Source: Schizochytrium sp. TIO01 (taxonomy: Eukaryota; Protista; Bigyra: Labyrinthulomycetes). From it: a stretch of 64,000 bases of DNA. Made by a program: the position numbers and the translations under genes. The notes under the pieces are model-generated. The model saw nothing but the letters and a program-made list of their open reading frames with translations, made no database searches and had not been told where the DNA came from. Location of the stretch: assembly GCA_004764695.1 (NCBI GenBank), contig SMSO01000037.1, forward strand, positions 906,747 through 970,746, written 5' to 3'. Shown in pieces: positions 33,580 through 44,008 of this stretch (position 1 is its first letter; the number at the start of each line of letters is the position of its first letter).

Positions 33580-35321
33580 CGTATCCCCAATCAGAGTTAC
33601 TAACTGACAACGCTCGCAGAAGTTCTCGGGATTGCAGACGTTGTCTACAGAGCCCCCAGCACTCCCGCGAAGAGCTGCAATTCAGGTTTGCATCGCTCTC
33701 GAAGACCTCGTGCGCGCCTCCAATGGTCCCGAGTCTCTCCAATCGTGCACTACACATCCTCCTTAGTAAGTGCTATAGTTTACAATAGTCACTGCTTCTT
33801 TCATGCACTTTTGTCAACAACAGAGATCGCTTCCTACAATAATTTATGGATTGATTGACAATCGTAGTAGCTAACTAAACTAACTCATGCTGTTGCCAAT
33901 CATCATGAGTGGCAAAACATCAGCAGTCAGGGACCTCTCATCGTGCCACGACTATCGCGATCCCCACTGACGAATTGACTCGCTCTCTACCTACGTAAAA
34001 ATAACCCAATCAGCATAAAGTACACATAAACAAAAACTCTTTTCTCTTCTTTAAGTTTTCCCAATTTTCTCTTCTTTTCTTTTCTTTTCTTTTCTTTTCT
34101 TTAGTGTTTTCCTCGACGTCATCTCGGGAGGAACGTCACGCCATGCTCTCTCCCCAAAAGAACCTCCAGGAACGGAAGTACAGAAGGTCCTTGTACCGAT
34201 TTATGGGATACAATAACATGTGACGACTGTGGTGGTGGAGGAGTGGTCTGTCTATAAATGGCCGTCGTAGTACCCATCCATGGCGATTGTAGAGGAGATT
34301 ATGGGAAAGCAGAGCTTTGCCAGGTTGAAGGATGAGTGAAGGTCGTGACAGAGCAGGCAAACTTGGGCCGTTCGGAGAAGGGACTGCAAATAGTCGGACA
34401 CCTGATTCTTGTAGAGAAGTCGGGAGAAGAGGGGATTTGGTGAAAGTGCCCGAACAATCGACGTTTGCGAGCGGAAGAACCTGAACTACCAACCATCGCA
34501 AATATTTATGTAAGCTCTTGCTTGAATCGTTTCGTTGCAGTGATTTTCAGAATTTGAAGGCCAAGTTAGGTGCGGTGTGATCAAATTGTTCATACTATGT
34601 ACAAGCGGGATGGTTGGATGAGTTTATGCGGAGAATAAACCGAGGGGGCTAGACTCTGGGGGGTGTAATATACTCTTGGCGTTGTCCGATGCTGAGAGCT
34701 TAAACGTTCATGGAATAACGATTGAGATGAGTGTGCTTGTGAACACCAGCTAAACAAAATAGCTCTCTTCGGAAAGCTGTGTCATAGCTTTACGACTTTG
34801 AGGGGTTTGTGGTCATTCATGATGATAGCTACAGTTACCAAAAGTGACTATTTTACATTGGAGAGTTATGCGGATTCTCGAATTGGGAAAGGAGCTTCGC
34901 TGAAAGTTGAGATATATTATTTCCCTGCTCTATACGCGAGTCCACTGGTTGATATTGAAAGGCACCGAGGCCTCTCGTCAAATAACCTAACAAGGAAGTA
35001 AGGGACGAATGATAGCTGCAATTACGCACTAAGTGTGGCTCTCCCATTTGCGATTCGATTTAGCTAAGCATGTAGTGTTGTGCTTTGATAAAACTTTTCG
35101 CAATTCTAAATAATGATCATTCAAGGGTCATAGGTAATTTCAAAGAGGAAATATCTTCAACTAATAAAAGAGCTCAGGAAATCAAATTATTGCACGTTTG
35201 TTATGCCAACCGTAGCTGGAGGCAGTTCTTGCCAGGATTCTATAACATGCTTCAATATCAGGCATGCATGCAGGCAGCAACCCCTGGACTGCAAGCCTTA
35301 AAATAAAGCAATTTCGAGGGA

Positions 35322-35954
35322 TTAACCGTAGCACTTAATCTCAGTGAGATCTCCCTTTGCTGCACTCTGACCACCCTTGACAAGGTAACTCTGGTGATAG
35401 TCTTCTGCAGGCCACCATTCCGGGACTGGTACGATCTGCGTCACGATCTCGTCTTCATACATAGCCTGGGCCTCCTTACGAGATTCCGTAGCCTCACGAA
35501 GTTGGTCATCATCGTGAACGAAAACTACACTACGGTACTGCGAACCAAGGTCCTCACCTTGGCGATCCACGGTTGTCGGGTTGTGAATCTCAAAAAAGAC
35601 GTCAACAAGTTCACGGTAGCTCACGACCGAAGGGTCAAAGACAACTTTGACAGCCTCTGCATGGCCAGTCTCGCCAGTCTTCACCTGGGTGTAAGACGGC
35701 TCAATTTTAGAACCGCCTGTGTAGCCTACCTGGGTCGAGAGCACGCCAGGAATACGCTGGAATTTAAGCTCGACGCTCCAAAAGCATCCTGCAGCAAAGG
35801 TTGCTTCGCTAGCCTCGTGGGCCTCGCAAACGCCTCCCTTGGGCTCCTCGCGGAGCAGAAGTGCCTCGAACTTTGGTCCGATCTTGCCGCTGGCACCACT
35901 GACAGCTGCCACCAGAGCAGCCAAGGCCAGCAAGAGAAAACCTCGCGAACTCAT
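35322..35954 (-). CDS. msrA: Peptide methionine sulfoxide reductase A with signal peptide
   Basis: ATFAAGCFWS, VGYTGG, TGHAEAV, HNPTTVDRQGEDLGSQYRS, AEDYHQSYL and C-terminal IKCYG. Hydrophobic N-terminus FLLLALAALVAAVSG. Confidence 0.96.
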   Translation of the reverse strand: MSSRGFLLLALAALVAAVSGASGKIGPKFEALLLREEPKGGVCEAHEASEATFAAGCFWSVELKFQRIPGVLSTQVGYTGGSKIEPSYTQVKTGETGHAEAVKVVFDPSVVSYRELVDVFFEIHNPTTVDRQGEDLGSQYRSVVFVHDDDQLREATESRKEAQAMYEDEIVTQIVPVPEWWPAEDYHQSYLVKGGQSAAKGDLTEIKCYG

Positions 35955-36169
35955 CCTGCCAAGACTGACCCGCCTTGAGAGCAGACGGGCTTGTTGCGTC
36001 TTTGGTCAGACAGCCAAGCCTTGACTGGCCGAAACCAATTGAGGTCTTGATATTCATATTGATGAAAATCTAGGAAGGTAGTACACTCTAGAGATAACCG
36101 GATACAAAAAATGAGAAAAGGGGCGAATAAGCTGTAATAAAGTTAATGGCAACGTCGTTCAGAGTATAT

Positions 36170-36640
36170 GTCAACTAAGCTCTCCTCCGCTGTCTATAAC
36201 CCGAGCTGACCAAGCTAGCTCGTCTACTTCACAGTTCTTCATCAACGCATATAGCTGTCGAAATTCTGCAGCCTTCGAGGTTGAGCGGACTTTGAGAACT
36301 ACTTCCTTCCCGTGCCATATTTCTGTTTGATGCTTGTATTTAATGGAACCAAACTACTGAAGTGATTTAACTTCCATTGGCTCTTCTTCATAGAGCATGA
36401 CCTCGTCAGGCAGCACGTAGGTAGATAGATACCTCGTACGAGGCAGTTTAGAGTTTCTGACGAAGGCCTTCAACTTGAAACCTGTTTTGCATTCCGGATA
36501 AAAGCATTTTCTGAACATGATGGTCTTTTTTATTAAAAACACCAAAATTAACTGACCTTTCAGTAGAAAGCAGTCTTGTACAGCGAATCTCAGTTGTTCA
36601 AACTATATCCGAGGCGAGCTCAATATCTTGATATAACCAT
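36170..36640 (-). pseudogene. Possible decayed coding sequence, weakly kinase N-lobe-like
   Basis: One frame runs through isolated TAG stops: FEQLRFAVQDC...EVKSLQ*FGSIKYKHQTEIWHGKEVVLKVRSTSKAAEFRQLYALMK, reminiscent of FG.V...W.GK.VA.K...EF..E..LM. Confidence 0.25.
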
Positions 36641-37182
36641 CACACATTTGATCAGATCATTGAGGAGTTTATAAACCAGCTCTTCAAATTGAAGTGACGA
36701 CGGCACCAAGTGTAGCACCATCATTGTTTGTTGCAGTCTCTTCGAGCAGAACACAAAATCAGAACGTTCTTACTCATCTTCATCATACGAACTTTAGAGT
36801 ATATTATAAAATTGCGCGTTTTGGACGAATCTTTAACTGCGAGTTCTAATTTGTAGCAAAGTTCAAAGCCAAGTAAAAAAAGTAAAAGAGGTCCGCGTGC
36901 TCGCATCATCTTCTGAATATAGCATGCTTAAACGTACCTCTTCCGGTCCTATTTCGTGCTTCTGAACATTGATATTGCGGTTGTAAATGGTTTAATTTAT
37001 ACAAGATCAAAAATGTTTTGCTGTTATTTAGATCCATAGTTAAATAAACACAAACCAATAATAAATCTTAATAAGCGGTCCACCCCCAAACCCTGAGCCA
37101 GCGTGGGTCCCTTCCGCGTGGTGAGATCACTCTCTCCATTCGTTACTGCTTTCACTGGCTCTAACTCCCTTCCCGCGTCGCG

Positions 37183-39126
37183 ATGGCGCCTCTCACACTG
37201 GCAGGTATGCCTGAGCCCTCAACATCTGCTCCAACTCCTTGGATTTCGCTTCCTAGTGGCACCGCCGACAAGCTCTCGGTGCTGGGCACACCCGATGACT
37301 TCTCGGGGTCAGGAGCTCCTCCTGTGACTGAACTCGTCCTGCTGACGACAGCGAATCTGTTCTGTCTGGTGGCCATGTACTGGCGGTCTTCGATCCCAAT
37401 ATTAAGGCGGCTTCCCGAGCAGCTTATGGCTGTTTTCGTTGGTGCCTGCCTTGGACTCGTTGCTGACGCAATCAACTATGAGAAGCTCACAGAGGATGTG
37501 ACCTTTGGATTTTCCGGCGTCTTTTTCGAGTTTTTCTTGCCTGCCATCATCTTCAGTAACGCCTACAGCGTTAAGCACAAGAGTTTTTTCAGAAACCTTT
37601 CCGGGATTTTGACATTCTCATTGCTGGGGACGATAATGTCTTCGCTCCTCATCGGCTATGGTGTCTTCTGGGCTTATCGCTCGGGCCTTGTTCGCGGCGG
37701 CAACATTTCTGTGCACACTGAGAAGGCTTCTCATGGAAATGAGGAGCAAATGCCTCTTGTGGATTGCCTTATCCTCGGGTCCATGATGTCCGCCGTCGAT
37801 CCTGGCGCCGTACTCTCGGTGCTTCCTTCAAATGTAGACCGACAGCTATACTCGCTCCTCTTCGGTGAGAGCGTGCTTAATAGTGCCATTGCTATCGTGC
37901 TCTACAACGGCTTTCGATTGTACCACAACACACTCGTAGCTCGAGGTGACGAAGACGTTGATGACATCACGTGGGCAGATGTTCGCCTTCTGGTAACACG
38001 GTTCGTTGTTATTACACTCATCTCCATGGCTGTGGGTATAGCTGTAGGACTCCTCAGTGCATTTATTTTGAAGCATGCTGTACTGCAAGCGAGCCCTGGC
38101 AAAGAACAGGCGGTGCTCTTCCTCTTTGCGTACCTCTCCTACCTGTTGCCACGTCAGGCAGGGCTTTCACCAGTTGTGAGCTTATTCTTGTGTGGAGCAA
38201 CCATGGCGCATTACACATTTTATAATATATCACACATGTCTCAAGTGGCGACGGCGACGTGGTTTAAATCAATTGGACATGTCGCGGAGACGTTTGTATT
38301 TGTTTTCATTGGTGCGGCACTGGCGGAGGTCAGGGAAAGCGAGTGGAGACCTGACCTGGCGGGCGTGCTGATTGTGCTGTGCGTCGTATCACGGTTTATC
38401 CATATCTTCACACTTGGTTCCCTGGTAAACCTGAGCAAATGGTTGATTGCAAAAGTTAGGTCACAGCCAATTGTGGCGTATATCTCATGGGAGACTCAAT
38501 TTCTCATCTCTTGGTCCGGTTTGAGAGGAGCGGTAGCATTTGCTTTGGCACTTCATGCTCCTGTGCTCAACCAAGAGGGCCTCATGCTTACGACGACTGT
38601 CGCTGTGGTCCTTTTTACATACATCGTCATGGGCGGCAGTGTTTTCTTCCTCGCAGAGTACCTGGGTATGGCATCTGACGAGACTGACCAGCTTCGGTTT
38701 CATGACCGCCAACGATCACGTATCCTCTCGCAAATGCGTTCTCCGAGCGCTATCATGCATTACGGTGCCAGCCCGCACACAGCTTTTTTGAATCAGACCC
38801 AGATTTATGATCGTGGTCTTTCGGAAGAGGAGGAGGAGATGCTCGCGAATGCGGCTGTGGAAGGTGGCGGTGGTTATGGTACTTTCACCATGGCGTGGCG
38901 TACTTTTGATGAAAGAATTATGAAACCTGTTTTTGGTGGTAGCTTCCGAGAGGCTAATGTACCTGCCGCAAATCATTTTAAGCGCCCTACCCTTGAAGAG
39001 CTGGGCCTTCGTGGATCCACTGATCATGTTCTTGTATCAACCAACGACCAGTTGGACGATGATTCTGAACCAGCTGGTTTCGGTAGTTTAGATAATGGTC
39101 ATGCAAACGGAAACCCCTTCGCTTAG
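37183..39126 (+). CDS. Na+/H+ exchanger, CPA1 (NHX/NHE8-like)
   Basis: FFEFFLPAIIFSNAYS, FFRNLSGILTFSLLGT, SAVDPGAVLSV, LLFGESVLNSAIAIVL, AETFVFVFIG and WSGLRGAVAFALA; about 12 TM segments. Confidence 0.95.
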   Translation: MAPLTLAGMPEPSTSAPTPWISLPSGTADKLSVLGTPDDFSGSGAPPVTELVLLTTANLFCLVAMYWRSSIPILRRLPEQLMAVFVGACLGLVADAINYEKLTEDVTFGFSGVFFEFFLPAIIFSNAYSVKHKSFFRNLSGILTFSLLGTIMSSLLIGYGVFWAYRSGLVRGGNISVHTEKASHGNEEQMPLVDCLILGSMMSAVDPGAVLSVLPSNVDRQLYSLLFGESVLNSAIAIVLYNGFRLYHNTLVARGDEDVDDITWADVRLLVTRFVVITLISMAVGIAVGLLSAFILKHAVLQASPGKEQAVLFLFAYLSYLLPRQAGLSPVVSLFLCGATMAHYTFYNISHMSQVATATWFKSIGHVAETFVFVFIGAALAEVRESEWRPDLAGVLIVLCVVSRFIHIFTLGSLVNLSKWLIAKVRSQPIVAYISWETQFLISWSGLRGAVAFALALHAPVLNQEGLMLTTTVAVVLFTYIVMGGSVFFLAEYLGMASDETDQLRFHDRQRSRILSQMRSPSAIMHYGASPHTAFLNQTQIYDRGLSEEEEEMLANAAVEGGGGYGTFTMAWRTFDERIMKPVFGGSFREANVPAANHFKRPTLEELGLRGSTDHVLVSTNDQLDDDSEPAGFGSLDNGHANGNPFA

Positions 39127-40116
39127 AGAACTCTGCTCTGGCATAGAACATGCATCTAGTACTCAGTGAATCGGTTTATGTTTTGCTGTTCGCAATCCTC
39201 TTCTGCAGTAGCTGTCAAGCTATCTGTTTACAGCCTGCTATGCAGTTTTAGCAATCGATTTTCCTCGTCCTGACTCAATGTAGGAAATAATACTTGAGGC
39301 AAGCAATCCATATGCGGTTGATATGTGTTTGAGGGCAAACGAACGAGAAAACGATAAGAATACTGCAACTGCATCCTAATTGCGTGTTCGTAAGAGAGAG
39401 CAACAATGAACCTTGATTGTTCTCTATTGTGTATTATGATTACCTTAGTTTAAATAACTTTCTGTAATCAAATTTATGGTTTGGAGCTCTTTATTGCTGT
39501 CAATTTTCATTTCCTTAAGAACAATAGCCTCAGGCGTATTCGCATCAACGACAACATTAGATTACAAGGGATTTTTGCGAAAAATAATTGTATAACTTCG
39601 GCAGAATCAAAAAAAAAAACTAGGAACATGAAACATACTCGTATATTTTTTTCATTTATTCATATAAGTTTAGCAATGGTGTGTGTGTGGGGGGGGGGAG
39701 GTGGTAGGATATATAGAGAAGGGTCATTAGAAAGCGCTATAGAATAGCGTGACGGCACGCATGGTTTTTTAGAAGGTATGGCAGCGTTGTCGTTATAGAA
39801 GTTTTTGTTTGCGAAAAATCTAGACACGGACAAAACAGTGTTTTCCTATTGTATACACTCCTCAGATAATTCTTGTAAATCCTTTAGTGTCATCAATTGA
39901 TTGACTGACGCACATCTTCTCATTCGACTTTGAGTATCATTTGCATCCTTTCAGTCAAAGCTTCTGCTACAAACCAGATATTGGCTACAAACAATTTAAA
40001 GAAAATAAGAAGTGTACATACGTGCGTGAACATCTGCATCCAAAAGACGTTAGCATTGCATCAAGAAGATCAAGAACAACATACTTAGAGGAAGCAGAGA
40101 ACATGGGGGAAAACAC

Positions 40117-41796
40117 TTAGACCTTGGTGGAGGTGATGAGGGACTTGCCAGTCATAGACTTGGGCTGCTCAACGCCAAGGATCTCAAGGAGAGTTGGGGA
40201 GACATCGCAGAGAGCACCATCGCGGATCTTGTACTGGCGTTCCTCACCGGTGTAGTCGTTGATGAAAACGGGGACCTTGTTGAGGGTGTGGGCGGTGTGG
40301 GGGCCACCAGTCTCAGGGTCGACCATGGTCTCGCAGTTACCGTGATCAGCAGTGACAATAATGGTTCCGCCTGACTTCTTGGTGGACTCGAGAATCTTAC
40401 CGAGGGCCTCATCGACAGTCTCAACGGCGGTTACGGCAGCCTCAAGGGAGCCGGTGTGGCCAACCATATCAGGTGCGGCAAAGTTGCAGAGCACGAAAGA
40501 GTAGTAGGGTTTGTCACCATCCTTCTTCTCGATGGCCTCGCAGACAGCAGCGCCGATCTCGCGAGTACCCATGGTGGGCTGAAGATCGTAGGTCTTGACC
40601 TTGGGGGAGGGGATCTCAATGCGGTCCTCGTTGGTGAAGGGCTCCTCACGTCCACCGTTGAAGAAGAAGGTCACATGAGGGCGCTTCTCAGACTCCGCGA
40701 TACGCATCTGGCGGAGGTTCTGATCCATGATGACCTCACCCATTGGCTTGTCAATTTCCTTGACCTCAATGATAGTGTCCATGTAGTCGTTGTGCTGGGT
40801 AGAGTACTCAACCATACCAGTCACAGTGGCGAGCTTGGGGCGCTCAGGGCGGTCGGAGCCAATGCCAAGCTCCTTGGGGGGGTTCGGGTCAGCCAGGGCA
40901 GTGAGGATCTCACGTGCGCGGTCGGCACGGAAGTTGGCGCAGAGGATTCCGTCGCCGTCCTTCATGCCCTCATAGCCTTCGATGACGGTGGCCTCAATGA
41001 ACTCGTCACTGACCTTCTGGTCGTGGGACTGCTTGACAGCCTCTTCGGCGGTCTTGACGGTCTTGGCAACGCCCTTGGCCTGAGCAATGACATCATAGGC
41101 CTGGCCAACACGCTCCCAGCGACGGTCACGGTCCATGCTGTAAAAGCGACCGGTGACAGTGCCAATCTTGATACCGTCATCAAGAGCCTCAAGGAACTTG
41201 GGGAGATCCTTGGAAGCATCGTTGGGACCGCAGTCACGACCATCGGTCCACACGTGAATGACGACGGGGACACCAGCCTTGTTAACGATGTTGGCGAGCG
41301 CCACAACGTGGTCATCGAGAGCGTGGACACCACCGGGGGAAACAAGACCCATAACGTGGCAGGTGCCGCCAGACTTCTTGAGAGCCTCAATGTGGTCAAC
41401 AAGGGCCTTCTTCTTCTCAAGCTCACCGTTCTTGATGGCGTTGGTGATGGTCATGATGTCCTGCCACACCACACGGCCTGCACCGAGGTTCATGTGGCCG
41501 ACTTCGGAGTTGCCGATCTGGCCGGGAGGAAGACCCACGTGTTCCTCGCAAGCCTGCAGGAATGCCTGCTGGCCGCACTGGCCTGCACGGGCCCACATTT
41601 TGTCAAAGTTCGGGGTGTTACCCTGAAGCACAGCATTGTACTGCTGTCTCTCGTTGTAGCCCCAGCCGTCCAAGATACAGAGCACAGCTTGGCGGTGCTC
41701 AGGGCCCTTAGTGGAGGAGCTCAGAAGACGACGCTGCGCAGGCGAAAGGCGGGCCGCCGCGGCGAAGGTGGACTTGCGGGAGAAGCCGCGAAGCAT
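40117..41796 (-). CDS. gpmI: 2,3-bisphosphoglycerate-independent phosphoglycerate mutase with mitochondrial-type transit peptide
   Basis: LCILDGWG, GLPPGQIGNSEVGHMNLGAGR (catalytic Ser), DGRD, GRFYSMDRDRRWER, NFRADRAR, HVTFFFNGG, PDMVGHTG, TADHGNCE and HTAHT. N-terminus MLRGFSRKSTFAAAARLSPAQRRLLSS. Strong C/G-ending codon bias. Confidence 0.97.
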   Translation of the reverse strand: MLRGFSRKSTFAAAARLSPAQRRLLSSSTKGPEHRQAVLCILDGWGYNERQQYNAVLQGNTPNFDKMWARAGQCGQQAFLQACEEHVGLPPGQIGNSEVGHMNLGAGRVVWQDIMTITNAIKNGELEKKKALVDHIEALKKSGGTCHVMGLVSPGGVHALDDHVVALANIVNKAGVPVVIHVWTDGRDCGPNDASKDLPKFLEALDDGIKIGTVTGRFYSMDRDRRWERVGQAYDVIAQAKGVAKTVKTAEEAVKQSHDQKVSDEFIEATVIEGYEGMKDGDGILCANFRADRAREILTALADPNPPKELGIGSDRPERPKLATVTGMVEYSTQHNDYMDTIIEVKEIDKPMGEVIMDQNLRQMRIAESEKRPHVTFFFNGGREEPFTNEDRIEIPSPKVKTYDLQPTMGTREIGAAVCEAIEKKDGDKPYYSFVLCNFAAPDMVGHTGSLEAAVTAVETVDEALGKILESTKKSGGTIIVTADHGNCETMVDPETGGPHTAHTLNKVPVFINDYTGEERQYKIRDGALCDVSPTLLEILGVEQPKSMTGKSLITSTKV

Positions 41797-42981
41797 TGTG
41801 CCTGCACGGAAGAGCGGGGTGGCTTGTGGCGACGATGAGCGGGTATGCCTTTCACGGAGGTTAGGGGTTTGCTTGATGTCGCTCAGTGAATGAATGAATG
41901 CTTGAGCAATTAATTAATGATGAAAAATTGGAGGAATATATTAAATCAATGAATGATATTTTTTTACTTTTAATGTTTTTCTTTCTTTCTTTAGAACAAT
42001 CTTTGGTAACCCACAAAATAAGCTCACCAGACAGTTACGTTCGATGGATTAAATACCAGCAAATCGGTGTGTCGTCGATGATGCCATGCGCTTGAGCTCG
42101 TTTGAGTTGTCAGGGACTTCGAGTGCACATGCCAAACATGTACATAGCACTGCGTTGTATTTGCTGCAGCAGAGGAATACAACATGTTTTTCTACACGGA
42201 GACGCTCACAGACTCACATGGCAATTTTTATTACATTTTATTTTCTAAAAAAGAATAAACAGTTATATGTTAATATTGCACACGGTCCTAATGGTCTCCT
42301 ATCATAAATGATAGCAGCACCATTGCATTAGGATTTTTTATTTTATTTTAAATTAGTTAAATAAAATATACAGATAGATATTTTCTATAACAATAAGAAA
42401 AAAAGTAACTTGTAAATCAGAAGATCAACAGACGCTCTCGCAAGATATCATACATGCGCACTCCCGTTACGATATCATCAAGGAAAGGGAGACCTCGAGA
42501 CCCCTGTGATACCACCTCCTATATCCTTGAGGAGCTGGCGCCATGGCTTCTCGTCGCCCTGGTTACCATCTCCTTCCTATTGTATTGTAAATCATAGATT
42601 ATAAAAAAAGTAATTTTATTAATTTAAAAATTGACTAAAAATATTGGAGCAGGATCGTCCCTTGCCGGGAAAACTGTATGGGTGTCGGCACTTCAAACGT
42701 TTGCCCGATCCATACTCTTCCCATGATCAACCTTACGAGGTTTGTCGTCGGTGTTTCTTCGACTCCATGCAAAACTTTCTTTCTGGTGGTTGATGTTCTC
42801 AAATAGTTAATGCATTTCTTTCACCCAAAGAACCTGTGATGCAAATCCGCTCTAGCAAAAAATACAAGCGCACACGCCGCTCCAGAGTCCGCGGACAAAG
42901 CCCTAGTGCCTGGAAGGCAGAGTTTCCCAGCCGCGTGCTAAAGCTCCGTCCATTGGCTTTGCAGAGCAACGCAGTACCAAG

Positions 42982-43070
42982 CATTCGTTCATTCATTCAT
43001 TCATTCATTGAATAATTCATTCATTGAATAATTCATTCATTGATTAATTCATTGATTAATTCATTGATTT
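42982..43070. repeat. Degenerate (ATTC)n / ATTCATTGAATA repeat
   Basis: cattcgttcattcattcattcattcattgaataattcattcattgaataattcattcattgattaattc. Confidence 0.8.
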
Positions 43071-43621
43071 GTTCGCACTAATAAGACACAACATTTTCTT
43101 TTCTCTTTTGTAGCACTGGGAAAAGAGGCAAACGAATTCATGGCAACGATGCAATTCACTCATCACGAACCATTCGCTCGAAACGTATTCGCGAACGGAG
43201 GTCTGTCTCCAAGCGAAGGCGGCTCTTGCAGCGTCCAGAACATTCCAGCGCAGGCAGGTCTGTCTCCATGAGCTCGTGGACGCAGGTCTTCTTCTCCGCC
43301 AGCCAGCGTCGAGATAGTCATGGACGATGGTGATACATACATTACATACGTACATACATTGCATTGGTGTTGCATCATTCATTCCCATTCCCATTCGCAT
43401 TCGCATTGCAGACGACGATGCTCTTCGATGATGTGTCTTTGGCGGATTCTGTAAACCAACAATGGTCGCGATGACTCAATGGTCTCTGAGGCGCAGAAGC
43501 GATGAGAGCTTCTTCAGGGCGATAGATGGTGAGATCATAAGATGGCCTCGAGATAAATAAATAAATGTGAAGAGTGCAAAGCCTCGTCGCTCACATCGTT
43601 GTGGCTGTCGAAGAGGGCGGA

Positions 43622-43667
43622 GCATTGCATTGCATGGCATGGCATTGCATTGCATTGCATTGCATGG
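43622..43667. repeat. (GCATT)n pentanucleotide repeat
   Basis: gcattgcattgcatggcatggcattgcattgcattgcattgcatggc. Confidence 0.9.
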
Positions 43668-43861
43668 CGAGGTTCATCTCGTCCCTTGCTTTATGGCCTC
43701 GAGGGAGCGCGTATTCGAGCGGGGTTTGTTTGTCATCATCGCTCGATCATCGAGTTTCTTTTGTAGTTTATGCTGATCCATTCGAGAGGTCCGAAGGAGA
43801 AGGAAGAAAGTGCGGAAGAAAGTAACAAACAAACAAACAAACAAACAAATAACACATCAAT

Positions 43862-44008
43862 AATGCAATGCAATGCAATGCAATGCAATGCAATGCAATG
43901 CAATGCAATGGAATGCACTGCGATGCAATGCAAGGAATGCAATGAAATGTAGTGCAATGCAATGAATGCAACGAATGCAATGAATGCAGTGAATGCAGTG
44001 AATGCAAT
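43862..44008. repeat. (AATGC)n pentanucleotide repeat decaying into 9-mer GAATGCA(A/G)T units
   Basis: About ten near-perfect aatgc units followed by degenerate copies; this is the reverse complement of the 43622-43667 tract. Confidence 0.9.

Noticed and set aside
34200-34260. TCDDCGGGG DnaJ-zinc-finger-like motif
   Set aside because: Single motif in a frame closed by nearby stops; no J-domain or second repeat.
30812-35978. Long antisense ORFs over the pseudouridine synthase (218 aa), SUMT (231 aa) and msrA (194 aa)
   Set aside because: Each fully overlaps a well-supported gene on the opposite strand and lacks motifs.
40456-41838. 460-aa ORF antisense to gpmI (and 154/122/90-aa overlapping ORFs)
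   Set aside because: Shadow ORFs caused by the strong codon bias of gpmI; no domain features.
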